Positions 44,425-52,179 of a DNA stretch of 63,572 nucleotides are shown one piece after another. Made by a program: the position numbers and the translations under genes. Position 1 is the first letter of the stretch, and every line of letters begins with the position of its first letter. Under the pieces are notes generated by a model, which ran no database searches, was not told the origin of the DNA, and saw only the letters and a list, made by a program, of their open reading frames with translations. This DNA comes from Candidatus Limnocylindria bacterium (GTDB lineage Bacteria; Chloroflexota; Limnocylindria; P2-11E), in the NCBI GenBank assembly GCA_036565345.1, contig DATCNH010000047.1:1-63572 (forward strand). The letters are read 5' to 3'.

Positions 44425-44742
44425 GTGAGCCTTCAGGACAAGACCCTGACCTGCAACAACTGCAGCCAGCAGTTCATCTGGTCGGCAGGCGAGCAGGAGT
44501 TCTACCAGCAGCGCGGTCTCCAGAACCCGCCCGGCCGGTGCAAGGATTGCCGCGCCGCGCGGCGCTCCGAGACCCGCGGTGGCGGCGGCGGTGGCGGCTT
44601 CGCGGGTGGTGAGCGGCAGATGTTCACCGCGACCTGCTCCAGCTGTGGCCAGGAGGCGAAGGTGCCCTTCCAGCCGCGCGGCGACAAGCCGGTCTACTGC
44701 AGCGCCTGCTTCGAGCAGCAGCGTGGCGCACGGAGGTACTAG
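44425..44742 (+). CDS. Double zinc-ribbon protein (CxxC-x21-CxxC, Gly linker, CxxC-x17-CxxC)
   Basis: 105 aa with GTG start and GGAGGGAG RBS. LTCNNCSQQFIWSAGEQEFYQQRGLQNPPGRCKDCR, then a GGGGGGG linker, then TCSSCGQEAKVPFQPRGDKPVYCSACF. A widespread small bacterial zinc-ribbon family. Confidence 0.75.
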   Translation: MSLQDKTLTCNNCSQQFIWSAGEQEFYQQRGLQNPPGRCKDCRAARRSETRGGGGGGGFAGGERQMFTATCSSCGQEAKVPFQPRGDKPVYCSACFEQQRGARRY

Positions 44743-44955
44743 ATGAAGTCGGGCGGATTCCCCTGTCGGTTTGGCGGCTGCGACGTTCGCTTCCAGGTCG
44801 TTGACCAAAGCTCCATGCAATCGCTCCTCGCCGCGAGCGAGCAGCGGACCCAGCACGAAGTGACGACGCATGACTACCACCACCAGAAGATCGAGGACAC
44901 CCCGCCGAACTACGCGAAGGGACCGCTGAAGGTCCGTAAGGCGGAGTTCGTCTAG
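44743..44955 (+). CDS. Small Cys/His-containing protein (hypothetical)
   Basis: 70 aa. The ATG immediately follows the upstream TAG, with GGAGG 6 nt upstream. GC3 is high. FPCRFGGCDVRF...HEVTTHDYHH. Confidence 0.55.
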   Translation: MKSGGFPCRFGGCDVRFQVVDQSSMQSLLAASEQRTQHEVTTHDYHHQKIEDTPPNYAKGPLKVRKAEFV

Positions 44956-44984
44956 ACCGCCAAACATTCGGGACACAGATCAGG

Positions 44985-45015
44985 AGAGCGCCATCCGGCA
45001 TTCGGATGGCGCTCT
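44985..45015. terminator. Bidirectional hairpin between convergent genes
   Basis: Perfect 13-bp stem AGAGCGCCATCCG / CGGATGGCGCTCT with loop GCATT. The right arm overlaps the TAA of the minus-strand MFS gene. Confidence 0.5.
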
Positions 45016-46241
45016 TACGTACTCGACGTTCGCCGATCCCCGAGATAGACCGCCACCGCCGCGACGCCAGACAGTCCGAACAACGCCCACAGACCGGGGG
45101 CGTAGGAGCCCGCCGCGTCATAGACCAGACCGAGGCCGACCGGCGACACCGCCTGGGTGAGCATGGTGAACAGCGTGACCGCGGCGTAGATGCTCGCGAA
45201 GCGCGCCGGACCGTAGAGGCCGGCGGTGAGCGTCGACCGAAGGAGCGTCTCCATGCCGCGCCCGGCACCGAACAACAGGACGAAGAGCACGACGCCGACG
45301 ACATTCGGGACCAAGAGGAGCACGAGAAGCGCGAGCGGCTGGGCGGCATAGATGAGGACCGACAGTGTGCGTGGGGCGACCCGGCCCTCCAACGGCGCGA
45401 AGAACAGTCGGCCGAAGACCTGGGCCGCGCCGATCGCGCCGGTCGCCGCCGCGGCGAACCCGAGCGAGTAGCCGTGATCACCGAGATACGCGACCAGATG
45501 CACCGGAACCCCGACCCCGAGCGCGAACAGGGCGAACGCGAGGGCGATCCATTTGAACGTCGGTTGCCGGAGGGCCTCGCGCGGCGACGAGCTGAGCTCC
45601 GGCGGATGCGGGCTCGGGACGTCGACCGGGTCTCCGTCCACTGCGAGGCCGAGATCGCTCGGCCGGCGGCGGAGGAACACCGCATGCGGGACGATCGTCA
45701 CCGCCGCGAGGATCACCGCCAGGGTCAGCAGGGCGTCGCGGCGGCCCTGGACCACGACCAGCCACGCCGCCAGCGGTACGAAGATCGTGCTCGCCAGGCC
45801 GGCCATGAGGGTGAGGACGGTGAGCGCGCGCGCGCGGCGGCGGCGGAACCACACCGTGACCGTGGCGAGCGCCGGTCCGTACAGCACTGTCGCCATGACC
45901 ATGCCGAGGAGCGCCCAGACGGCATAGAACGAAAGCAGGTCACGGGCCTGCGACCAGGCGACGACGAGTGCGGTGGCGGCGACCGACCCCACGGTCATGA
46001 GCAGGCGCGGTCCGTGATCGTCGAGCCACCGGCCGACGAACAATCCGGAGATCCCCGACACGACGAGCGCGAGGGAGAACGCTCCGGCGATCTCGGCTCG
46101 GGACCAGCCGAGCTCGGCCGAGGTCGGGGTCACGAAGACGCTGAACGTGTAATAGACGACGCCCCAGGACACCGTCTCGGTGACGCCAAGCACGAGCACG
46201 ATGACCCAGCCGTAGTACGGTGCGGTCCCCGGCCTGATCAT
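45015..46241 (-). CDS. MFS transporter (oxalate/formate antiporter-like subfamily)
   Basis: 408 aa and ~12 TM segments. YYGWVIVLVLGV N-terminus and GRWLDDHGPRLL motif. Confidence 0.85.
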   Translation of the reverse strand: MIRPGTAPYYGWVIVLVLGVTETVSWGVVYYTFSVFVTPTSAELGWSRAEIAGAFSLALVVSGISGLFVGRWLDDHGPRLLMTVGSVAATALVVAWSQARDLLSFYAVWALLGMVMATVLYGPALATVTVWFRRRRARALTVLTLMAGLASTIFVPLAAWLVVVQGRRDALLTLAVILAAVTIVPHAVFLRRRPSDLGLAVDGDPVDVPSPHPPELSSSPREALRQPTFKWIALAFALFALGVGVPVHLVAYLGDHGYSLGFAAAATGAIGAAQVFGRLFFAPLEGRVAPRTLSVLIYAAQPLALLVLLLVPNVVGVVLFVLLFGAGRGMETLLRSTLTAGLYGPARFASIYAAVTLFTMLTQAVSPVGLGLVYDAAGSYAPGLWALFGLSGVAAVAVYLGDRRTSST

Positions 46242-46267
46242 CCCAGGGACGCTAACCGAGTGGGCGG

Positions 46268-46341
46268 TACGGCTGGAGGGGCTCGAACCCCCGACCTCAA
46301 CGTTCGTAGCGTTGCGCTCTATCCAACTGAGCTACAGCCGC
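46268..46341 (-). tRNA. tRNA-Arg (anticodon ACG)
   Basis: Minus strand: GCGGCTG-TA-GCTCAGTTGGATAGAGC-G-CAACG-CTACGAA-CGTTG-AGGTC-GGGGG-TTCGAGC-CCCTC-CAGCCGT-A. 74 nt with a G1:U72 pair; followed by CC. Confidence 0.9.
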
Positions 46342-46475
46342 GCGCGTGGAAGGTCAGTTTACCGGATACCGCCGGCTGGCGGGCCGCCAGCTGCACGAGC
46401 GCGGGCCCGCCTGGCCGCCGCGGCACGCCGGATGCATACATCCACCGGAAAGGGACAGCCCTGGAGGAGCGGCGG

Positions 46476-46844
46476 ATGGACGCAGCGGAACGGCCGATCG
46501 ACGCGAGAGCCGTCGCGGTGGCCGAGCAGGCGATGCTCGGCCGCGAGGGCGAGCGTGCGGCACGAGACATCCTCAGCAGTCTCTGTGACCCGACTCGTCT
46601 GAAGATCGTCCGTGCGCTGAACCAGACCCCGCTCGCGGCGAGCGATCTCGCACGCGTCATCAAGCGCAGCCGCGCCGCGACCAGCCAGCACCTCAAGGTG
46701 CTGCGGGACGTCGACGCGGTCGTGCCGGCCCGCCAGGGCAATATCGTCCGGTACCGCCTGTCGAGCAACGTGAGCGCGCAGGTGCTTGCGGACGTCGGCC
46801 GCGCGTTCGAGCGCCTGGCCGGGAGCGAGGCCGCCAGCGGCTAG
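46476..46844 (+). CDS. ArsR/SmtB family transcriptional regulator
   Basis: ATG 46476 with GGAGGAG RBS, 122 aa. Winged [46 protein letters not shown]. It is only the tail of a 612-aa spurious ORF. Confidence 0.85.
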   Translation: MDAAERPIDARAVAVAEQAMLGREGERAARDILSSLCDPTRLKIVRALNQTPLAASDLARVIKRSRAATSQHLKVLRDVDAVVPARQGNIVRYRLSSNVSAQVLADVGRAFERLAGSEAASG

Positions 46845-46855
46845 CATCGGCTTCG

Positions 46856-48439
46856 ATGCCGGTCCTCCGCTCGTCATTCGACCGCAGCTCGCCCGGCGCC
46901 CACGCGAATTCGACGGCGATGACCGCACTGGTCGAGGACTTGCGCCGCCGCCTCGCCACCGCCCGCGAGGGCGGCCCAGCCCGCTCCCGCGACAAGCACA
47001 CGAGGGCCGGTAAGCTGCTGCCCCGCGAGCGGGTCGAGCGGCTGCTGGATCCAGGTTCGGCGTTCCTCGAGATCGGCGCGCTCGCGGCGCTCGACCTCTA
47101 TGACAACGACGCGCCAGGTGCCGGCATGATCGCCGGGATCGGCCGGGTGTCCGGCACCGAGTGCGTCATCGTCGCGAACGACGCGACGGTCAAGGGTGGC
47201 ACCTACTACCCACTGACGGTGAAGAAGCATCTCCGTGCGCAGGAGATCGCGCTCGAGAACCGGCTCCCCTGCCTCTATCTGGTGGACTCGGGCGGGGCGT
47301 TCCTTCCGCGGCAGGATGAGGTCTTCCCCGACCGCGAGCACTTCGGCCGGATCTTCTTCAATCAGGCGCGGATGTCGGCGGAGCGCATTCCGCAGCTCGC
47401 CTTGGTGATGGGCTCGTGCACCGCCGGCGGCGCGTACGTCCCCGCGATGAGCGACGAGACGGTCATTGTGAAGGGTCAGGGCACGATCTTCCTGGGCGGT
47501 CCGCCGCTGGTGAAGGCCGCCACCGGCGAAGAGGTGACCGCCGAGGAGCTGGGCGGAGCCGAGGTCCACGCCCGCACGAGCGGTGTCGCAGACCACTACG
47601 CCCTCGACGACGCCCACGCGATCGCGATCGCGCGCGACATGGTCGCGCAGCTCGACCGCCCGCTCCAATGGGGCACCGAGGTGGCCGAACCCGAGGATCC
47701 GGCCCACGACCCCGCCGATCTCTACGCGATCGTGCCGCAGGACACTCGTACGCCGTACGACGCGCGCGAGGTCATCGCGCGACTCGTCGACGGGTCACGG
47801 TTCCACGAGTTCAAGGCCCTCTACGGGGAGACGATCGTCTGCGGCACGGCCCGGATCATGGGAATGCGGGCCGGGATCATCGCGAACAACGGCATTCTGT
47901 TCAGCGAATCGGCGCTGAAGGCCACGCACTTCATCGAGCTCTGCGACCAGCGGGGCATTCCGCTCGTGTTCCTGCAGAACATCGCCGGATTCATGGTCGG
48001 CCGGGAGTACGAGGCCGGCGGCATCGCCAAGGATGGCGCGAAGATGGTCATGGCCGTCGCCTGCACGCGCGTGCCCAAGTTCACGGTGATCGTCGGCGGC
48101 TCGTTCGGCGCAGGCAATTACGGGATGTGCGGCCGGGCCTACGGCCCCCGACAGCTCTGGATGTGGCCGAACGCGCGAATCAGCGTCATGGGCGGCGAGC
48201 AGGCCGCGACCGTCCTGTCGCTCGTCGGGACGTTCGCCGGTGACGCCGAGCGTGACGCGTTCAAAACGACGATCCGCGACCAGTACGAGGCCCAGGGATC
48301 CCCCTATTACTCCACCGCCCGGCTGTGGGACGACGGGGTCATCGACCCGCTGGATACGCGCGCGGTCCTGGCGCTCGGCATCGCCGCGGCGCGGCACGCC
48401 CCCCTGGCTGAGCCGCGCTACGGCGTGTTCCGGATGTAG
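46856..48439 (+). CDS. Methylcrotonyl-CoA carboxylase beta (carboxyltransferase) subunit
   Basis: 527 aa. Long identical stretches to MCCC2-type proteins: [68 protein letters not shown] and [19 protein letters not shown]. Confidence 0.9.
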   Translation: MPVLRSSFDRSSPGAHANSTAMTALVEDLRRRLATAREGGPARSRDKHTRAGKLLPRERVERLLDPGSAFLEIGALAALDLYDNDAPGAGMIAGIGRVSGTECVIVANDATVKGGTYYPLTVKKHLRAQEIALENRLPCLYLVDSGGAFLPRQDEVFPDREHFGRIFFNQARMSAERIPQLALVMGSCTAGGAYVPAMSDETVIVKGQGTIFLGGPPLVKAATGEEVTAEELGGAEVHARTSGVADHYALDDAHAIAIARDMVAQLDRPLQWGTEVAEPEDPAHDPADLYAIVPQDTRTPYDAREVIARLVDGSRFHEFKALYGETIVCGTARIMGMRAGIIANNGILFSESALKATHFIELCDQRGIPLVFLQNIAGFMVGREYEAGGIAKDGAKMVMAVACTRVPKFTVIVGGSFGAGNYGMCGRAYGPRQLWMWPNARISVMGGEQAATVLSLVGTFAGDAERDAFKTTIRDQYEAQGSPYYSTARLWDDGVIDPLDTRAVLALGIAAARHAPLAEPRYGVFRM

Positions 48440-48445
48440 CCGCAC

Positions 48446-49264
48446 GTGTCCGAGCTCGTCCGCCTGGCGGTCGATCGGCGCGGCGTCGCGGCGATCACGA
48501 TCGCACGTCCCGAGCGCAAGAACGCCTTCGACGCGGCGCTCATCGCCGACCTCACCGGCGCGGTCGCGGCCGTCCCGGCCCACGCCCGCTGCGTTGTCCT
48601 GGCGAGCGAGGGCGACGCCTTCTGCGCCGGCGCCGATCTGGACTGGATGCGCGGGATGGCCGGGTACTCGCTCGAGGAGAACCGCGCGGATTCCGCGGCG
48701 CTCGCCGGGCTGTTCGGCGCGCTGGACGCCCTCCCGATGCCGCTCCTCGCGCGGGTCCAGGGCGCGGCGATCGGCGGCGGCGCCGGCCTCGTCGCCGTGG
48801 CCGATATCGCGGTCGCGACAGACGCCGCGGTGTTCGCGTTCACCGAGGTGCGCTTGGGGATCATGCCGGCGGTCATCTCGCCGTATGTGGTGCGAAAGGT
48901 CGGGCCGGCGTTCGCGACGGCGGCCTTCACGACCGGCATCCGCTTCGACGCGCATCGCGCGTTCGAGGTCGGTCTGGTCGAGAGCGTCGTCCACGACCAC
49001 GAGCTGGACCGGCAGATCGATGCCTTCGTCGTCGCGATCCTGTCCGGTGGCCCGGAGGCGGTCCGCGCGGCGAAGCGCCTCGTCCGCGAGGTGACCGGCC
49101 GCGCCCCTGCCGACGTTCGTGACCTGACGGTGGATCGGATCGCCGCGATCCGGGTCGGCGACGAGGGCCAAGAGGGCATGCGTGCGTTCCTCGAGCGCCG
49201 CGCCCCGAGCTGGGCACCGCCGGGGGTCTCCACCGGAGGGCCGCCCGAGGAGCGAAAGGCTTAG
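48446..49264 (+). CDS. Enoyl-CoA hydratase family protein (methylglutaconyl-CoA hydratase position)
   Basis: 272 aa with a GTG start. AITIARPERKNAF, DAFCAGADLDWM and GAAIGGGAGLVA. It sits directly after MCC beta, as liuC does in liu clusters. Confidence 0.8.
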   Translation: MSELVRLAVDRRGVAAITIARPERKNAFDAALIADLTGAVAAVPAHARCVVLASEGDAFCAGADLDWMRGMAGYSLEENRADSAALAGLFGALDALPMPLLARVQGAAIGGGAGLVAVADIAVATDAAVFAFTEVRLGIMPAVISPYVVRKVGPAFATAAFTTGIRFDAHRAFEVGLVESVVHDHELDRQIDAFVVAILSGGPEAVRAAKRLVREVTGRAPADVRDLTVDRIAAIRVGDEGQEGMRAFLERRAPSWAPPGVSTGGPPEERKA

Positions 49265-49569
49265 CCCAGACCGAGGACCCGCAGGGCGGCCACCGCGGCG
49301 ACTCCGGAGAGGACCCCGGCCAAGAGATTCCGTCGCCAGGCGACCACGGCGATCACCACGAGCGCGGCAAGCGGCTCGGCGCCATGGGTGACCTCGCCAT
49401 GCGGAACGACCAGGCCAGGTCCGACGAGCGCGGCGATCATCGCGGTCGGCAGCACGTCCAGGTAGCGGGCGAGGCGCCGTGGCACCGGGCGGGACGAGCG
49501 CAACGCGAGCGGGAGCGCGCGGAGGAGATAGGTCGCGAGTCCCGCCCCACCGATCGCGAGCCAGATCAC
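49261..49569 (-). CDS. azlD: AzlD branched-chain amino acid transport protein
   Basis: 102 aa, ~3-4 TM segments. LATYLLRALPL motif. GTGA-coupled to azlC. Confidence 0.75.
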   Translation of the reverse strand: MIWLAIGGAGLATYLLRALPLALRSSRPVPRRLARYLDVLPTAMIAALVGPGLVVPHGEVTHGAEPLAALVVIAVVAWRRNLLAGVLSGVAAVAALRVLGLG

Positions 49570-50246
49570 CCCTCGTCAGCCACGATGAGGACCGCAAGCG
49601 GTGCGAGCAGCCCAGCAAGGACGACCGCAACGACCGACGCGCCGGCAAGAGCCAGGGCCGCGGACACGAGCGCCGCCGTGACCGCCACGACGAGATCCGC
49701 ACGATGGCGGACGCCAAGCACCACGATCGCCAGGAAGGTGGCCGTGATCGCGAGATCGATGCCGTACCGCCGTGGGTCGGTGATCACCGGCCCCAGGGTG
49801 AGCCCGATCGCCGTCGCCAGGTTCCACAACACGTAGAGCGCGACAGCGAAGGTCAGGTAGTAGGCGACCTCGCGCCTCCCGCGGCGCGTCCATCCGGTCG
49901 CCATCGCGAACGCTTCATCGGTCAGGAAGAATGCGGCACCGAGCCGACGAGGAATGGTCAGTTTGCCGAGGAGTGGTCGGACCGAAGCGGACATGAGCGC
50001 GTGACGGAGGTTCACCAGGAACACGGTGGCGATGATCAACGGGACCGATCCGCCGTCGGTGAACAGCTGGACCATTGCGAACTGCGACGCCCCGGCGAAG
50101 ACGAAGAGGCTCATCGCGATGATCTCGACCGGAGCAAGGCCGGCCTGCCGCGCGACGATGCCGAATGGCACGCCGACGACGAACACCGAGATGAGGACCG
50201 GCCACCCTTCGGCGAGCGCGGCACGTCTAGCCGACAATGCCGACAT
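49566..50246 (-). CDS. azlC: AzlC family branched-chain amino acid exporter subunit
   Basis: ATG 50246, 226 aa. GVPFGIVARQAGL, FAGASQFA and FLVNLRHALMS are AzlC blocks. Confidence 0.8.
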   Translation of the reverse strand: MSALSARRAALAEGWPVLISVFVVGVPFGIVARQAGLAPVEIIAMSLFVFAGASQFAMVQLFTDGGSVPLIIATVFLVNLRHALMSASVRPLLGKLTIPRRLGAAFFLTDEAFAMATGWTRRGRREVAYYLTFAVALYVLWNLATAIGLTLGPVITDPRRYGIDLAITATFLAIVVLGVRHRADLVVAVTAALVSAALALAGASVVAVVLAGLLAPLAVLIVADEG

Positions 50247-52176
50247 GATGACGGTCCTTGTCGCCAACCGCGGCGAGATCGCGCGCCGGGTGATCCGCAC
50301 CGCTCGCCGGATGGGCCTCCGCACCGTCGCCGTCCATTCCGACGCCGATGCGGGACTGCCGTTCGTCGCCGAGGCGCACCGGGCGATCCGGATCGGCGCG
50401 GCGCCGGCGGGGGAATCGTATCTCGACGCCGGGCGGATCGTCGCCGCGGCGCGCGAGTCGGGGGCGACCCTGGTGCACCCCGGCTACGGGTTCCTATCCG
50501 AGCGCGCCGAGTTCGCTGAGCGGGTCGCGGCGGCAGGCCTGCGGTTCGTCGGGCCGTCGCCGGACGTGCTCCGCCGGGTCGGGGACAAGGCACAGGCCAA
50601 AGCGATCGCCCAGGCCGCCGGAGTGCCGGTCCTCCCCGGCTACCAGGGCGACGATCAACGTGACGAGACGTTCCTCGCCGCCGCGCGGGACACCGGCTAT
50701 CCGGTGATGCTCAAGCCGGCCGCCGGTGGCGGCGGTATCGGGATGCAGCTGGTCCTCGAGGCTGACGGGATGCGCGCCGCGCTCGCTCGGGCCCGGCGCG
50801 CCGCGCACGGTGCGTTCGGCGACGAGCGCCTCATTCTCGAGCGCGCGCTGTCCCGGCCACGCCATATCGAGATCCAGCTGCTCGGCGACGAGCAGGGCGC
50901 GCTCCTGACCGTCGGCGATCGTGACTGCTCGGCGCAGCGGCGGCACCAAAAGGTGCTCGAGGAGACGCCGTCGCCGTCGGTCGATGTGGCGCTCCGCGAG
51001 AAGCTCACGGCAGCGGCCGTCGCCGTCGCCGAGCGGGTCGGCTATACAAATGCCGGGACCTGCGAATTCATCGTCGACGAGGAGGGCGGCTTCTTCTTCC
51101 TCGAGGTGAACGCCCGGTTGCAGGTGGAGCATCCGGTGACCGAGGCGGCGTACGACGTCGACCTCGTCGAACAGCAGCTGCGCATCGCGCAGGGCGAGCG
51201 GCTCGACCTGCGACCGGGCACGCCGCGCGCGGCGGTCGAGGTCCGGGTGTACGCCGAGGATCCGGCGGCCGGCTTCCTCCCCTCGACCGGACGCCTGGCG
51301 CACGTCCGCTGGCCGGAGGGCGTCCGCGTCGACGCCGGCTACGACGAGGGGTCGGTGGTCACGCGGCACTACGACCCGCTTCTGGCGAAGCTCATCGCCG
51401 TGGCGGACGATCGTGGCGCCGCGCTCGACCGGCTTACCCGCGCGCTCGCCGAAACCGAGCTCCTCGGCGTGCGCACCAATCTGCCGTTCCTCCGGAACCT
51501 CCTCGCCCACCATGACGTCCGCACCGGCCGGATCACCACCGAGCTCATCGGGCGCGACCTCGCGTCCCTCGCTCCGCCGGCCGCGGCCGCCCCGCCGGTG
51601 GCGTACGCGCTCGCGGCCGCCGCGCGGATCGCCGCGACGCCCGCCGCGGCCACCGATCCGTGGTCGTCGCTCCGCGGCTGGCGCGCCGGCGGGGAGGCGA
51701 GCGCGCTGGTCGTCCTACGGGAAGGGAACGAGGACCGCGCCATACGGCTCACCGGCAACGGTCTCGCCGGCGTCACCGAAGGTCTGTGGGCCGTCGACGG
51801 ACACGCCGTCCGACGGGGCGACGAGGCGCACCGCTGGACCCTCGACGGCCAGCCGGCGACGGCCGCAGTCGATGGCACGCTGTGCTGGGTCGGCCTGGGC
51901 GGCGAGACCTACGCGCTGGAAGCCGCGGCCCGGGAGCGAAGCGTCGACGCGGTCGCGGGCGACGAGATCGTCGCACCGATGCCGGGTATCGTGCTCGCGG
52001 TGCACGCCGCGGCGGATACGTCCGTGCGGCGGGGCGACCTCATCTGCGTGATCGAGGCGATGAAGATGGAGCTGCAGGTCAGCGCGCCGGCGGACGGCGT
52101 GGTGAAACGGGTGCTCTGCGCGCCGGGAGACCAGGTGCGGCGCGGGCAGCGCCTTGCGGAGTTCGAGCCGGCGTAG
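50245..52176 (+). CDS. Methylcrotonyl-CoA carboxylase alpha subunit (biotin carboxylase + BCCP)
   Basis: MMTVLVANRGEIARRVIRTARRMG, an ATP-grasp region, EVNARLQVEHPVTE, and C-terminal biotinylation motif IEAMKME. The 73 codons upstream in the ORF overlap azlC antisense. Confidence 0.9.
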   Translation: MMTVLVANRGEIARRVIRTARRMGLRTVAVHSDADAGLPFVAEAHRAIRIGAAPAGESYLDAGRIVAAARESGATLVHPGYGFLSERAEFAERVAAAGLRFVGPSPDVLRRVGDKAQAKAIAQAAGVPVLPGYQGDDQRDETFLAAARDTGYPVMLKPAAGGGGIGMQLVLEADGMRAALARARRAAHGAFGDERLILERALSRPRHIEIQLLGDEQGALLTVGDRDCSAQRRHQKVLEETPSPSVDVALREKLTAAAVAVAERVGYTNAGTCEFIVDEEGGFFFLEVNARLQVEHPVTEAAYDVDLVEQQLRIAQGERLDLRPGTPRAAVEVRVYAEDPAAGFLPSTGRLAHVRWPEGVRVDAGYDEGSVVTRHYDPLLAKLIAVADDRGAALDRLTRALAETELLGVRTNLPFLRNLLAHHDVRTGRITTELIGRDLASLAPPAAAAPPVAYALAAAARIAATPAAATDPWSSLRGWRAGGEASALVVLREGNEDRAIRLTGNGLAGVTEGLWAVDGHAVRRGDEAHRWTLDGQPATAAVDGTLCWVGLGGETYALEAAARERSVDAVAGDEIVAPMPGIVLAVHAAADTSVRRGDLICVIEAMKMELQVSAPADGVVKRVLCAPGDQVRRGQRLAEFEPA

Positions 52177-52179
52177 CGA

